NCBI GenBank assembly: GCA_951406725.2
Contig: OX597828.1
Span: forward strand, 7,006,001 to 7,070,000
DNA length: 64,000 nt
Origin: Octopus vulgaris
Taxonomy: Eukaryota
Direction of reading: 5' to 3'
The notes below the pieces were generated by a model. The model was not told the DNA's origin, ran no database searches, and saw only the letters and a program-made list of their open reading frames with translations. The position numbers and the translations under genes are program-made. Positions 13,994 to 26,012 of the stretch are shown here, in pieces (position 1 is the first letter of the stretch; every line of letters begins with the position of its first letter).

Positions 13994-14337
13994 TATATCT
14001 TGCATTTCATTCTCAAGTTCATTCTCACCCGTTGCATAGATCTATCACCAACATCAGCCGAGACCCCAACCATCAAGTTAATGAGTTCTCGCACCTCGGT
14101 TCAGCCTCAGCTGAAAAAAGACGTAAAAACCTGGACAGCCAAAGCATGGTCAGCGTTAAACAATCAGCATGTTGTCTGGAAATCAACCCTGTCAGACAAC
14201 CTTAAGAAGCATGTGTCCAGTGCAACAGTAGAGTCTGTCCTTTTATATGTAGCTACAGCCTGGACGCTTACCAAAAAACTGGAATCCAAGTTAGATGGAA
14301 CTTACACCCGAATGTCAAGAGCAACTTTAAACATATC

Positions 14338-14589
14338 GGGCATATAGCGTAGTGGTTAAGAGCGCGGGCTACTAACCCCAAGATTCCGACTTCAATTCCA
14401 AGCAGTGACTTGAATGATAATAATAATAATATTAGGTTCGAAATTTTCCCCAAGTCATCTGATGAAGGCTGGAGGGTATATCAGCCGAAACGTTGTGTTA
14501 GCAACAAACAAGATGAGGACAAATATTCATCAAATGTAAATAATGTTGATAATGTACATAATTCCTCATCTCTTAAATATAGAACTGTA
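14338..14589 (+). mobile_element. tRNA-headed SINE-like element carrying a hammerhead-like motif
   Basis: A-box TAGCGTAGTGG (14345-14355), degenerate B-box GACTTCAATTCC (14388-14399), (AAT)n spacer, then hammerhead core; splits the RTE reading frame. Confidence 0.8.
14454..14499 (+). ncRNA. Minimal type-I hammerhead ribozyme-like motif (Penelope-type)
   Basis: CTGATGA (14459-65), extra A, GGCTG(G)/(T)CAGCC stem II, GAAA (14487-90), CG-T-T with palindromic AACGTT, and an imperfect stem I GTCAT/GTGTT. Confidence 0.65.
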
Positions 14590-15027
14590 TTATTTTGGAG
14601 AACTCATACCATTAAAAGAAAAGACAGTTCCATGTAGGTCTCCTGCCTGTTTCCACAACTATTAGGGAAAGGCGCTTGCACATCGCAGGACATTGTTGGC
14701 GAACTAAACAAGAGCTGGCAAGTGACCTACTGCTATGGATGTTAAAGTATGACCGTGCTCGAGCAGAACGTCTGAACACTGGATGCCTCTCCGAAGACCT
14801 CCCTCAATTAATACAGGACCGAGATGGATAGCATGCGCCGGTTAAAAATGCCCAGGCAAACTCGACTAGATGATGATGTTGTCATTAATATCTTTGAAAA
14901 TGGGTAAAAAAAAAAAAGCCAACAAAATGACTGATACCAATCTGAGTTCGGTTTCGTCCCCTATAATCTTGTAGCATTTGGTTAGATCCAACTCACCTCC
15001 ACTTGAGCTGATATATAGCCGAAGTTC

Positions 15028-15449
15028 GGATCTTTTCGGTTTGAACAGCAGTTTTTCTAGCGGTGTCATATGAAATTGTCACCCATAATTATGACCCTAG
15101 TATCGATCTATTGCATTTCAATCTGTTTTAGGGTTAGGGTTAGGGTTAGGGGTGGGGGGAAGGGTATCTTTTTTTCTTCACAAATGTAAATAAACCCAAT
15201 CTGTTTCTTAAACGAGGGACATATTCATACGGCACAGAATGTTTTTTTACCTCAATAGAGGTCATTGATTGGTTGAAATTGCAGAAATTGAAGAAAAAAA
15301 CAACAAATATCTTACAAACTATAGAATTTTCTCAATAAAGCCAAGAGAAAAAGATGTTTTATAAACACATTCTACCAGTATACGAAGTTTAAAATTTTTT
15401 AGTTACCTAGAAATTATGTTAAAAACTGCCGTTCAAACCGAAAAGATCT
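15028..15449. mobile_element. Non-autonomous DNA transposon (MITE) with 29-bp TIRs, 8-bp TSD and internal (TTAGGG)4
   Basis: TIRs GGATCTTTTCGGTTTGAACAGCAGTTTTT / AAAAACTGCCGTTCAAACCGAAAAGATCT (27/29); TSD CGAAGTTC at 15020-15027 and 15450-15457. Confidence 0.93.
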
Positions 15450-15904
15450 CGAAGTTCTTCCAGCTGTGACTACGCAATCATGTTAGAAATATCTAGAAAT
15501 AGTCAAGCAGGTATGTATTACGGTGAGTAAAAGCTAGTGAGTTAATTAAAATTACTTTCACAGTAAGGAAACGGAAACAGAAACCTCAATTAAATCTAAT
15601 GTTAATCAAATCTGGTGTCAACAAAGTGGCGATAACTCTGCAATTTTAATCAACAAAAATTTGAATTACGCATGCAATGAGGGAATGAATACATTAGCTC
15701 AAAACCTAATAGGAATTTAATCGGATCTTTGGCATGCGCTGTGGTAAGCGGACATGTACGAGCTTTATTCGTATCTTGAGTGTGATATTTGTTTCTTTAC
15801 TCATACATACGATATACGAGTCTTTCTTAGTGCTGCGTCTGGGGTGGAATTATAAGTTTTGAAACGTGTATATCGCTGCAAGGTGTATACCATGAATAAT
15901 AATA

Positions 15905-16115
15905 TTATTGGTTTCAAAGTTTGGCACAAGACCAGCAATTTCTGGGGAGGAAGTAAGTCGATTACATCGAACCTAGTGGAACTTAATTTATCGATAGCGA
16001 AAGGATGGAAGGCAAAGTCGATCTCGGCGGAATTTAAGCTCAGAACATGAAGACGAACGAAATGCCGCTAAGCGTTTTTCTCGGTGTACTAACGACTCTA
16101 TCAACTCGCCGCCTC
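15905..16115 (-). mobile_element. Diverged SINE family B relative
   Basis: GAAAGGATGGAAGGCAAAGTCGATCTCGGCGGAATTT is the reverse complement of the family B core. Other diverged relatives lie at ~19380-19560, 19660-19850, 20060-20180 and 23270-23430. Confidence 0.75.
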
Positions 16116-16135
16116 CCCATAAATAATAACATTAA

Positions 16136-16443
16136 TCACGTGATCACGTCACCGACCATGCTATCTGAAGTTGCTACACATCGCTTGTCACAATGCGCTT
16201 CGCATTGTTTTAGCCTTCAAATGACGCCACCCCGCTGGCTAAGCGAGCAGGCCAACAGAAGAAAGAGCGGGAGAAAGTTGTGGCGAAAGAGCGCAGCAGA
16301 GATTGCCACCCCCACCCCACACCCTGCCGGAGCCTCGTGGAGCTTTAGGTGTTTTCGCTCAATAAACACTCACAACGCCCGATCTGGGAATCGATTCTAC
16401 GACCGCGTGTCGGCTACTCTAACCACTGGGCCATTGCGCCTCC
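16136..16443 (-). mobile_element. SINE family C, near full length
   Basis: Head GGAGGCGCAATGGCCCAGTGG...TCGATTCCC; tail shared with 4298-4415. Confidence 0.85.
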
Positions 16444-17249
16444 ACAATGATATCAATAGTAAAGAGAAATGTTTTATTTAAAATCTTCTTTTATTTCAGG
16501 TGCTATCGTGTAATCTGAATGAGCTTTAGTTACAATTTCTAACAGGTCCAGTTGCTAGCAGGGTCCAAAATATGTTGTTTCTACCATGTAAATACTTTAG
16601 GTTTTAGTTTAGTATATGACAATACTGATACAATGAGGAGGAAATTAGAAATCCATGACTAATACTCATTTACTAATTTAAATGGCAAAGACACCATTCG
16701 ACAATTCTAAGAAACCATAAATGGAATTACGCCTCCAGTGATACAAGGAAGACATCTGCTCGAAGGCAAATATTAATTTAATACAATTTTTGGCAGCTGT
16801 TGAGGTAAATGTTGAGGCATGTTCCGGGCTTATTCGTAACTTGTTTTTCTTTTTTACAAGAATTATAAAAGCTTGATGTGTGCGTTTTGTTCAAGTTGGT
16901 TGCCTCTGAGAATCGTTAGATTAGATGCATTGATATTGTCGTATGACATCGATCATGAATAGAAATAATATTTGTATCTAAGTGCGTCATTCAATGTATC
17001 TCTATATCTTTTTTTAGGGTGATTTGAGGGAGATTTTACTACAATTTCTAACAGGTCGAGCGACCACGTAAAGGCTCGCTCGCTGACTCCACTGTGTTAT
17101 ATTCTTATTTCACAAGTCAGTGCTACGTGAATGTTTTAGTTATTAGCTTCAAACTGTGACATTTAAAACTGCAAGATAACATGTTTCAGTAAATTTCATC
17201 ACACAATAACTTAGTGTTTGACTTCAGATATAGAACAGTAATAAATTCT

Positions 17250-17625
17250 TTGACCTGCTTTGTTCTAAATACACTAAATCTTCGTGGGCTGAGCGCAGAC
17301 GTATTTCTAGATAAACTGTCTTCATGTGTTGCTTGTAGCAATTTCACTTTATCCTCCATATACTCTACGTCTTGATCCTAGAAAGATGACTATTATCTGT
17401 GATATACTATGTCTTCGTGTGCCGCCCCTAGCAATCTGATATTATTCTAGATAAAGTTTATATCTTCATATATTTCCCCAGGCAAGATGAAATTTGTCCG
17501 AGATACGTTCAGTTTACGTGCATCGTCACTTAACCCTAGCAAGTTAATTTTGTCCAAGATAATCTATAAATCTTCCTGTGCTTCCTTGATCAAGATGACA
17601 ATGCCCGAAATATACTGTATACCTT
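17250..17625. repeat. Degenerate ~50-bp minisatellite (~7 units)
   Basis: Recurring TAGCAA..AGATA..TCTTC(A/G)TGTG blocks at spacings of about 44-57 bp. Confidence 0.6.
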
Positions 17626-19257
17626 AGACTATCAAATAAGCTAAGTACTTCATCACACTTTCCCAATCTTTCTTTATGAAAATCGATAGGTTATTTGTCT
17701 TCCTACCAGCTATTTACGGTTCATATCTCAGTTATTAATGCAATGTTCGGATAAAAACCAATTATAAGTCTACACACGAACCAAATTTTGCAGGCAAGCC
17801 ATGGAATCTGGATCCCTACATTTCGTCTCACTTCTGTTATGTTAAAAGCATAAGTGAATAGTCTTTCAAAAGAAAAACTGAATGTTACACAGGATTTCTG
17901 CTCTGTCCCTTGTAATATTGTAATATTTTTCCTAAGTACTGTTGTTATTGCTGTTAAGTCCCGAATCACTTTTGCTCGAGCAGATCTTTTAACACAGACA
18001 GGTAAAAGCAAAGGGGTGATAACTCTGCAATTGTATTTCATTAAAATTTGAAACTACACTTGTAATGAGAGAATGAAAACATTAATTAGATGAGTAGTAT
18101 TAATTAAGTAACTCTTTACTTGTGAAGAGCGCGGCATATTAAGAGGTGAGCGATAGCTATCCCTGGACAATAGCTACTCTTTTGTTTGTCTTTTTTTTTT
18201 TTTAGCGTGTCCTCAAGTGAAGATAAAAGAATTAGGTGTAAATGGGAATGCAATATGTTAACATTCCTTTCTTGCTTTTGGCGTAGTTAATTCAAAAGAG
18301 AAAGCGAGAAGAGAGAGAGAACATTCCAAGTACTTGACTAGTGCTTTCTTTATCGATCCCTAAGATAAATTTGGAATGGAGTGCAGAGATAAAATATACA
18401 ATTTATTCGACGCTTAAGGAGTCTGCTAGATCATCACTTCCCAATTAGCTAGTGAAATTCTCTCACAGTTCCATGTGCCTTCAAGGCGTTTCTCTTTAAA
18501 CCAAAATCATACTAAAAGGAAACATTCGTAGTTTCAAAAGAAATTGGTTGCAAATACATGGTTAGTACTTAACATTGAACATTTAGAAATCTGGAATTAT
18601 ATTATTTAATCTGTTATTTTCTTTTTAAATGCAGTTGAGATGTGTTAAAAGAAATGTTACTGCTAAGTGCAAGTGTTGGAAACGACAAAACCATCCAAAG
18701 ACATTTCAGTCTCAGTTCTGCAGCCGTTTGCAGACACTCCCTTGTTACTTTCACCATCGTGAATACAAGGAGTCCGTAATTGATCCATTGGAAACTAGCA
18801 TCTAATGACGCTATTGTTCACGAATAAATACAATAATTTTGATGCTTTGTGCTTAAATATCTTGATTTAAAACGAGAACCACTCAAGGCTTTCGATTTAG
18901 TACCATGTTCTGAGCATTATACTTCACAGATAGGTTTATTTTGCAATTTAATGAGGCTAATCTTGTTCGTGACCTTTTAAAGTTTTGCTATAACCACCAA
19001 CAGACAGGGGAAAACTGCTTGCCCTTTCTGACCGAAGGAAAAGAGCGGAATAACCTTCAAGATAGTTGGATCTAATGATCGGATCTGTCGTACAAGCGAC
19101 AGCAGTTGTTCGTCATAATCGCAAAAGTCACCAATGTTCAAACTTTAATTAAATGAGTGTGTACAAGAACAGCTTCGTTGCTTTGCACACGATTTAAGCA
19201 GACTTCGCTAAACAGCAATTCTTTGCCGGTAGAGCCAAGGCCATACCAAGGAGTGCA

Positions 19258-19859
19258 CGTGGAAGAAGTCGTTTTATGTGAAGATATCAAAACTCTTTTA
19301 CTACAAGCGTTGAGAATCCATACTACGGAACAACATGGAGTTTCTATCATTGATTCTTAAGAAAGAGAGAAGATGCAAATTGGGGAGGAGGCGGGGACAA
19401 ACATAGTACGATTATATCGACACCAGAATGTTACCGATACTGTATTACTTCATTGCCTCTAGAAGTACGACAGACTAAGTCGATGTCGATGAATTTGGGG
19501 CTCAGAACGTAGAGGGATGTAACCCTATACATCTCTGCTTCTTGCTCTGCGCTCTACCGATTCATCTGCATCCCTACCAATAATAATGATGATGGTAGTG
19601 GTGGTGGTGGTGGTGTTGATAATGACAAAAACATCAACATCAATAACAATAATAATAATCCTTTCTACTAAAGGCACAAGGTCTGAAATTTGGGGGGAGA
19701 TGGGGAAGTTGATTTACATTGACCCCAGCACTTAACTGGTACTTATTTTATCGACCTTGAAGGATGAAGAGCAAAGTCGACCCTGGCGGCATTTGTAACT
19801 CAGAATGCAAAGGCGGACGAACTGTCACCAAGCATTTTGTCCGGCGTGCATACCGATTT

Positions 19860-19890
<31 letters not shown>

Positions 19891-19980
19891 CGACGACGAC
19901 GACGACGATGATGATGATGATGACAATGATGATGATGACGATGATGATGATGATGATGATGATGATGACGACGATGATGG

Positions 19981-20023
<43 letters not shown>

Positions 20024-20244
20024 AATGATGATGATGTTACTTTTTAATACTTCTTCCTAATTTTGGCACAAGGCCAGCAGTTTTGAGGATGGAGATAAGT
20101 CAATTATATCGACCCTTATTCTTGACCGCTACTTGTTTTATTTACCCTGAAATGATAAAAGGCAAAATCAACCTCGGTAGTTCCATATATATAGGGTTCC
20201 ATATGTATAGGGATCTATACAGATAGGAATATAGACGGGATGGT
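19258..20244 (+). repeat. 987-bp direct duplication, copy 1 (includes SINE relics and a (GAT/GAC)n array)
   Basis: Matches 21061-22047 at a constant offset of 1803; one substitution noticed (GATGTTAC vs GATATTAC). Confidence 0.95.
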
Positions 20245-20916
20245 CACGGCTGGAATACATTTCGCCAAAGTTCTGTTGGATCAGAACTGAGTTAAAGTCA
20301 AACAACAGCTACATCAATAAAATCAAAAACAACGAGGAAGCCTCTACGTGGTCGTTAAACCTGCTGGAAATGACAGCAAAATCTCCCCTATCCGACACCC
20401 ACCAAGTTACGGAAAATGGGGAAGACAGAATGGATAGCCACGCTTGAAATGCTCTTTGATCAATATTCCTCGTCGAATAAATGTGAGTTGGGAGTGAACT
20501 ATAATTATAATATGTACAATTTGACATAAATGAATTAAAATTTAGAAATATAATATATTTAATATAATAAAGGAAATTGATATTTATAAATATTAAAAAT
20601 GAATTGTAATAGAAAAATATAGGAAAAGAATCCAGAAATAAAAAAAAAGTAACAAAAGACATTGAGCGATATAAAACATTTAAAAAAACAAGTTTAACCA
20701 AATAAATAAAAACATGGAAGAAACACATGGAAAAAACCCAAGCATGTATACAAGCACATCCAAACACATGCACACAAAAAAGACAATATACATGAATATT
20801 GTAAGCGTATTTATACATGTGATTCACACTCCCTCATCCTCCTTCTTCCCTCTCTCCCTCTCTGTAGCACTCCCCTTCTCTCTCTCTTTCTCTCTCTCTC
20901 TCTCACTATCTCGATG

Positions 20917-21031
<115 letters not shown>

Positions 21032-21060
21032 ATACAATAATTTTTTTTTTTATATAAAAA

Positions 21061-21662
21061 CGTGGAAGAAGTCGTTTTATGTGAAGATATCAAAACTCTT
21101 TTACTACAAGCGTTGAGAATCCATACTACGGAACAACATGGAGTTTCTATCATTGATTCTTAAGAAAGAGAGAAGATGCAAATTGGGGAGGAGGCGGGGA
21201 CAAACATAGTACGATTATATCGACACCAGAATGTTACCGATACTGTATTACTTCATTGCCTCTAGAAGTACGACAGACTAAGTCGATGTCGATGAATTTG
21301 GGGCTCAGAACGTAGAGGGATGTAACCCTATACATCTCTGCTTCTTGCTCTGCGCTCTACCGATTCATCTGCATCCCTACCAATAATAATGATGATGGTA
21401 GTGGTGGTGGTGGTGGTGTTGATAATGACAAAAACATCAACATCAATAACAATAATAATAATCCTTTCTACTAAAGGCACAAGGTCTGAAATTTGGGGGG
21501 AGATGGGGAAGTTGATTTACATTGACCCCAGCACTTAACTGGTACTTATTTTATCGACCTTGAAGGATGAAGAGCAAAGTCGACCCTGGCGGCATTTGTA
21601 ACTCAGAATGCAAAGGCGGACGAACTGTCACCAAGCATTTTGTCCGGCGTGCATACCGATTT

Positions 21663-21693
<31 letters not shown>

Positions 21694-21783
21694 CGACGAC
21701 GACGACGACGATGATGATGATGATGACAATGATGATGATGACGATGATGATGATGATGATGATGATGATGACGACGATGATGG

Positions 21784-21826
<43 letters not shown>

Positions 21827-22047
21827 AATGATGATGATATTACTTTTTAATACTTCTTCCTAATTTTGGCACAAGGCCAGCAGTTTTGAGGATGGAGATA
21901 AGTCAATTATATCGACCCTTATTCTTGACCGCTACTTGTTTTATTTACCCTGAAATGATAAAAGGCAAAATCAACCTCGGTAGTTCCATATATATAGGGT
22001 TCCATATGTATAGGGATCTATACAGATAGGAATATAGACGGGATGGT
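21061..22047 (+). repeat. 987-bp direct duplication, copy 2, flanked by (TA)n on both sides
   Basis: See copy 1. Confidence 0.95.
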
Positions 22048-22062
22048 AAATAAAAAACTCTA

Positions 22063-22143
<81 letters not shown>

Positions 22144-22178
22144 GTGTGTGTCTGTGTCTGTGTCTGTGCCTGTGTGTA

Positions 22179-22211
<33 letters not shown>

Positions 22212-22671
22212 GTGTGTGTGTGTGTATATATACACACACATACACACATATAATAAAATGTGCATTTTAAACTTCATGTCTTCTATTCCTCCACTTGTCT
22301 GGATTGATAACAATATTCCCCATCTCACTCTCTTTCTCTCTCTCTCTCTCTCTCCATCCCCTTGTATATATATATATATACACGCTGCCAGCAGGCTAGT
22401 TACTGCAATATTTGCCCTGGACAGCATCTTTAATGAACGTGCTATGTCAAAAATACAAAAATTTCGGAGGGAGACAAAAGTACGTCTCGGCAGCAGCGAG
22501 CGAAGACACCACCTGCATTTCGGCCCGTTTTGGGCCTTTCCAATGGCGCATACACGCAAACATTCATGTGACCGATGAGACTTCGTCGCCTCGTATAAAA
22601 AACATTCACTGGTCTTCTGAATAGCTGCCAAGATGAATAAAAATCCAGTACACTCATTTACTCTCTCCCTC

Positions 22672-22870
22672 TTTTACTCTTTTACTTGTTTCAGTCATTT
22701 GACTGAGGCCATGCTGGAGCACCGCCTTTAGTCGAGCAAATCGACCCCAATGAGTTATTCTTTGTAAGCCTAGTACTTATTCTATCGGTCTCTTTTGCCG
22801 AACCGCTAAGTTACGGGGACCTAAACACACCAGCATAGGTTGTCAAGCGATGTTGGAAGGACAAACACAG

Positions 22871-22911
<41 letters not shown>

Positions 22912-23082
22912 CATATATACATATACATATATACGACGGGCTTCTTTCAGTTTCCGTCTACCAAATCCACTCACAAGGCTTTGGTCGGCCCGAGGCTAAA
23001 GTAGAAGACAGTTGCCCTAGGTGCCACGCAGTGGGACTGAACCCGGAACCATGTAACTGGTAAACAAGCTACTTACAACACA
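22672..23082 (-). mobile_element. SINE family A, near full length
   Basis: Reverse complement of 2921-3318. Confidence 0.92.
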
Positions 23083-23549
23083 GGTAGCCGTCAATGTATT
23101 GTACTGAATGTATATACACTTCGATATGCCAGCTACTGCAATATTCGTGTTAGAAATACTATAAATTTGGGTCCATTGAATAATAAGACCATAAGGTTCA
23201 ACAACAATTAGATTATAAAGAATTCTAATATTTTAAAAACTTTATAATGATTTTTGTCTGGTGAAGGTAGAAACCCACACAGTTACATGAAACCCGGCGC
23301 CTGATTGATACTTATCGACACTTAGAGGCTAAATTATAAAGTCACCACAGTGGTATTCGAGCTCAGAGCTTAAAAGACCGAAACAAAATGCTGAAAACTC
23401 TTTTCGTTCGATGCCTCCAGCGATTCTACTAACTACCTTGTAATACGAAGAGTGTTAATGATAAATGTCATCATCTCCATTTCGTATAAAAATCCTGTGA
23501 AGTCTTCTCAAGTACATATGCCGACTACATGTTTACACCTTCAGTTTAG

Positions 23550-23910
23550 AATCAGTCATTAGAGCGCGGCCATGCTGAGAACTGGAAACATTTTCAATTG
23601 AATGAATTCTACCCCAGTACTTATTTTTTTAAAGCCGGGTACTTGTTCTACGGCTAAGTTACGGGGGTGTAAACACACCAACAACGGTTGTCAAACCCTG
23701 GGGGACATAGACACACACACACACACACACATGCACAGACATATACATACGACGGGCTTCATTCAGTTTCTGTCTACCAAATCCACTTATAAGGCTTAGG
23801 TCAGCCCACGGCTATAATAGAAGACACCCAAGGTGGCAAGGAGTGGGACTGAACCCGGAACCATGTGGTTGGGAAGCAACCACATAAGCCTTACCACAGC
23901 GCCATGCCTA
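23550..23910 (-). mobile_element. SINE family A, diverged
   Basis: GGGACTGAACCCGGAACCATGTGGTTGG and body motifs. Confidence 0.85.
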
Positions 23911-24542
23911 CGCCTCGCAATCATTTGAGCTTTGCCTCTGACACGAGGATAACTATCTCTCTTCCTTCCCACTTGTCTTGGAGAACGACAAAAGATCATA
24001 GATACTGCCTTTCCTTCTCTAAAAACAAAACAAAGAAAAACATTAATTTTTAACCTATCAAAAGCATTTCTTGCGCAGACATTTCTTCACGTACCTGGAA
24101 AGCGAGCTTCTTACCACACAGCCACGCCATGCAAACTTATATTTCCTGGGGCCGATGTGAAATTCTCAACTTAGAAATAATTAACCTGGCCGCAGTACAT
24201 ATGTAGCATTCTGTCCCCTAACCTGATGAAATATCAAACAATAATCTTTCAGCCAGTTGTCCAAAATCTTTTAGGTTACTAATCTCTGAGTTAATTGTTC
24301 AGCTAGGCTTGGACTACTTAATTATCAATCGATTCTTCTGAAAACATTTGATTGTTAACTTCTCTACCTCATTTTGCTCACGGCTTTACATTACTGAGAT
24401 TTCTTTTGTCTTCAGACCATCCGATGTTGGGCAAATTAAAGTAACCCAACAGAAGTACACTGATGTGTTCATTTAGCTTCGGCGGTTTTTCCCTCAAAGT
24501 TATTATCATAGTTTAAGGCGTCAAGATGGCGGTATGATGCAA

Positions 24543-24773
24543 GGCGGCGAGCTGGCAGAAACGTTAGCGCGCCGGGCGAAATGCTTAGCGGTATTTCGTC
24601 TGCCATAACGTTCTGAGTTCAAATTCCGCCGAGGTCGACTTTGCCTTTCATCCTTTCGGGGTCGATAAATAAAGAACCAGTTATGCACTGGGGTCGATGT
24701 AATCGACTTAATCTCTTTGTCTGTCCTTGTTTGTCCCCTCTGTGTTTAGCCCTTTGTGGGTAGTAAAGAAATA
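24543..24773 (+). mobile_element. SINE family B, full length with TSD
   Basis: B-box GAGTTCAAATTCC; TSD GGTATGATGCA at 24531-24541 and 24774-24784. Confidence 0.93.
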
Positions 24774-25747
24774 GGTATGATGCATGTATTACCATATCGC
24801 GTTACTTCATATGTACTATAAGTGTGTCACAAACCGAATTTGAACGCGAAAACGGTATTAAGGACGTGACATATTCACGGATGTAAATGGCAACTCCATC
24901 ATCATTCGTTCTTTCCTGTCTGTACGAAAAACAACACAGTTTTTTACAGATATTTCTGCATCAATTATATCTGTATAATTGTATCATGTATATTGCTCAG
25001 TTTCGTGCAGAAAGATCCCTCAAGTATAATTTTTTTCTTCTGCTTTTGCACAGTAAGTGTTCTCTGAAGCTCAAGATTAAAATTTGTGTGATGTTTCGGT
25101 TGATGGCAATGGTAGCCATCCTAAATCTATTAACTGTGGTAAGCTTTTGTGAGGGTGTTCATGGTTTGGATCCGTTTCATTTATAACCATATCAGCTGAT
25201 ATAATAACATTAGCACTGCGCTTATAAAAACTGTTATTCGATGCTGCAGCTGCAATGCATCTGCATATAATCTTTTGGTGAGTGTAGATGATACAATCTG
25301 GGGTGTGGTATGTATTCTGCAGATGGTTCTTCGGTTTTACTCTGGTGTTATGCGTATTGTGGGATTCTAACGGTGTATTCTTTTTCCAGCTATGCTGGTG
25401 TAGCGGAGGCAAATTTCTATGTTGAGTTCTTCGCTATCCGGGCTTAGAATGATGAAAATGGCAGTTTATACCCGTCACTCCATACCAGCAAATGCAATCT
25501 GTATAGAACCTGCATGTTGTATAGATTTTGTTCTTCCAGTTTCTAACTTTTTTTCAACAAGCTCAATAACTTATCGCGACACCAGTGCCTGTTCTGGCAC
25601 TATCAATCTATACATCGCTGGCGGGGAGATGAGTCGCTACTCTCTCTAGCGTTTAAGTACCCATCATCGACGAAACTAAGGAAGATCGAAATTACGTGAT
25701 CTGGTGGTCTCGACGCTGGAAATGGTGAGGATTTATCTCCTCGCGAG

Positions 25748-26012
25748 TGGAGGCGCGTGGCTTAGTGGTCAGGGTGTTCAACTCATGATCGTAAGGTTGT
25801 GGTTTCGATTCCTGGACCGGGCGATGCCTTGTGTTCTTGAGCAAAACACTTCATTTTCACGTTGCTCCAGTCCACTCAGCTGGCAAAAATGAATAATCCT
25901 GCGACGGACCGGCGTCCCGACCAGGTGGGGATTTTCTACCCCACTGAAACTGAAAAACCGGCCCTTATGAGACTGGCATAGCTCGAGAAGGAACATTTAT
26001 TTTTTTTATTTG
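25748..26012 (+). mobile_element. tRNA-derived SINE with CORE-like and V-domain-like segments, 12-bp TSD
   Basis: A-box TGGCTTAGTGG, B-box GTTTCGATTCC, CTTGAGCAAAACACTT, CCTGCGACGGACCGGCGTCCCGACCAGG; TSD TCTCCTCGCGAG at 25736-25747 and 26013-26024. Confidence 0.88.

Larger units (their letters stand above)
14040..14878 (+). mobile_element. 5'-truncated RTE-clade LINE 3' fragment, interrupted at 14338
   Basis: Reads KAWSALN...[11 protein letters not shown]...ATVESVLLY...[26 protein letters not shown], resumes after the insertion as ...TIRERRLHIAGHCWRTKQELASDLLLW, and ends in a (GAT)n tail. Confidence 0.88.

Noticed and set aside
14338-14410. Possible tRNA gene (also other tRNA-like heads)
   Set aside because: No complete cloverleaf or acceptor stem; these are SINE heads.
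15128-15151. Telomere or chromosome-fusion scar
   Set aside because: Only four units, enclosed in a TIR/TSD-bounded element.
19764-20060. Duplicated poly-Met/poly-Asp ORFs (also 21567-21863)
   Set aside because: SINE relic running into (GAT)n; they recur only because of the duplication.
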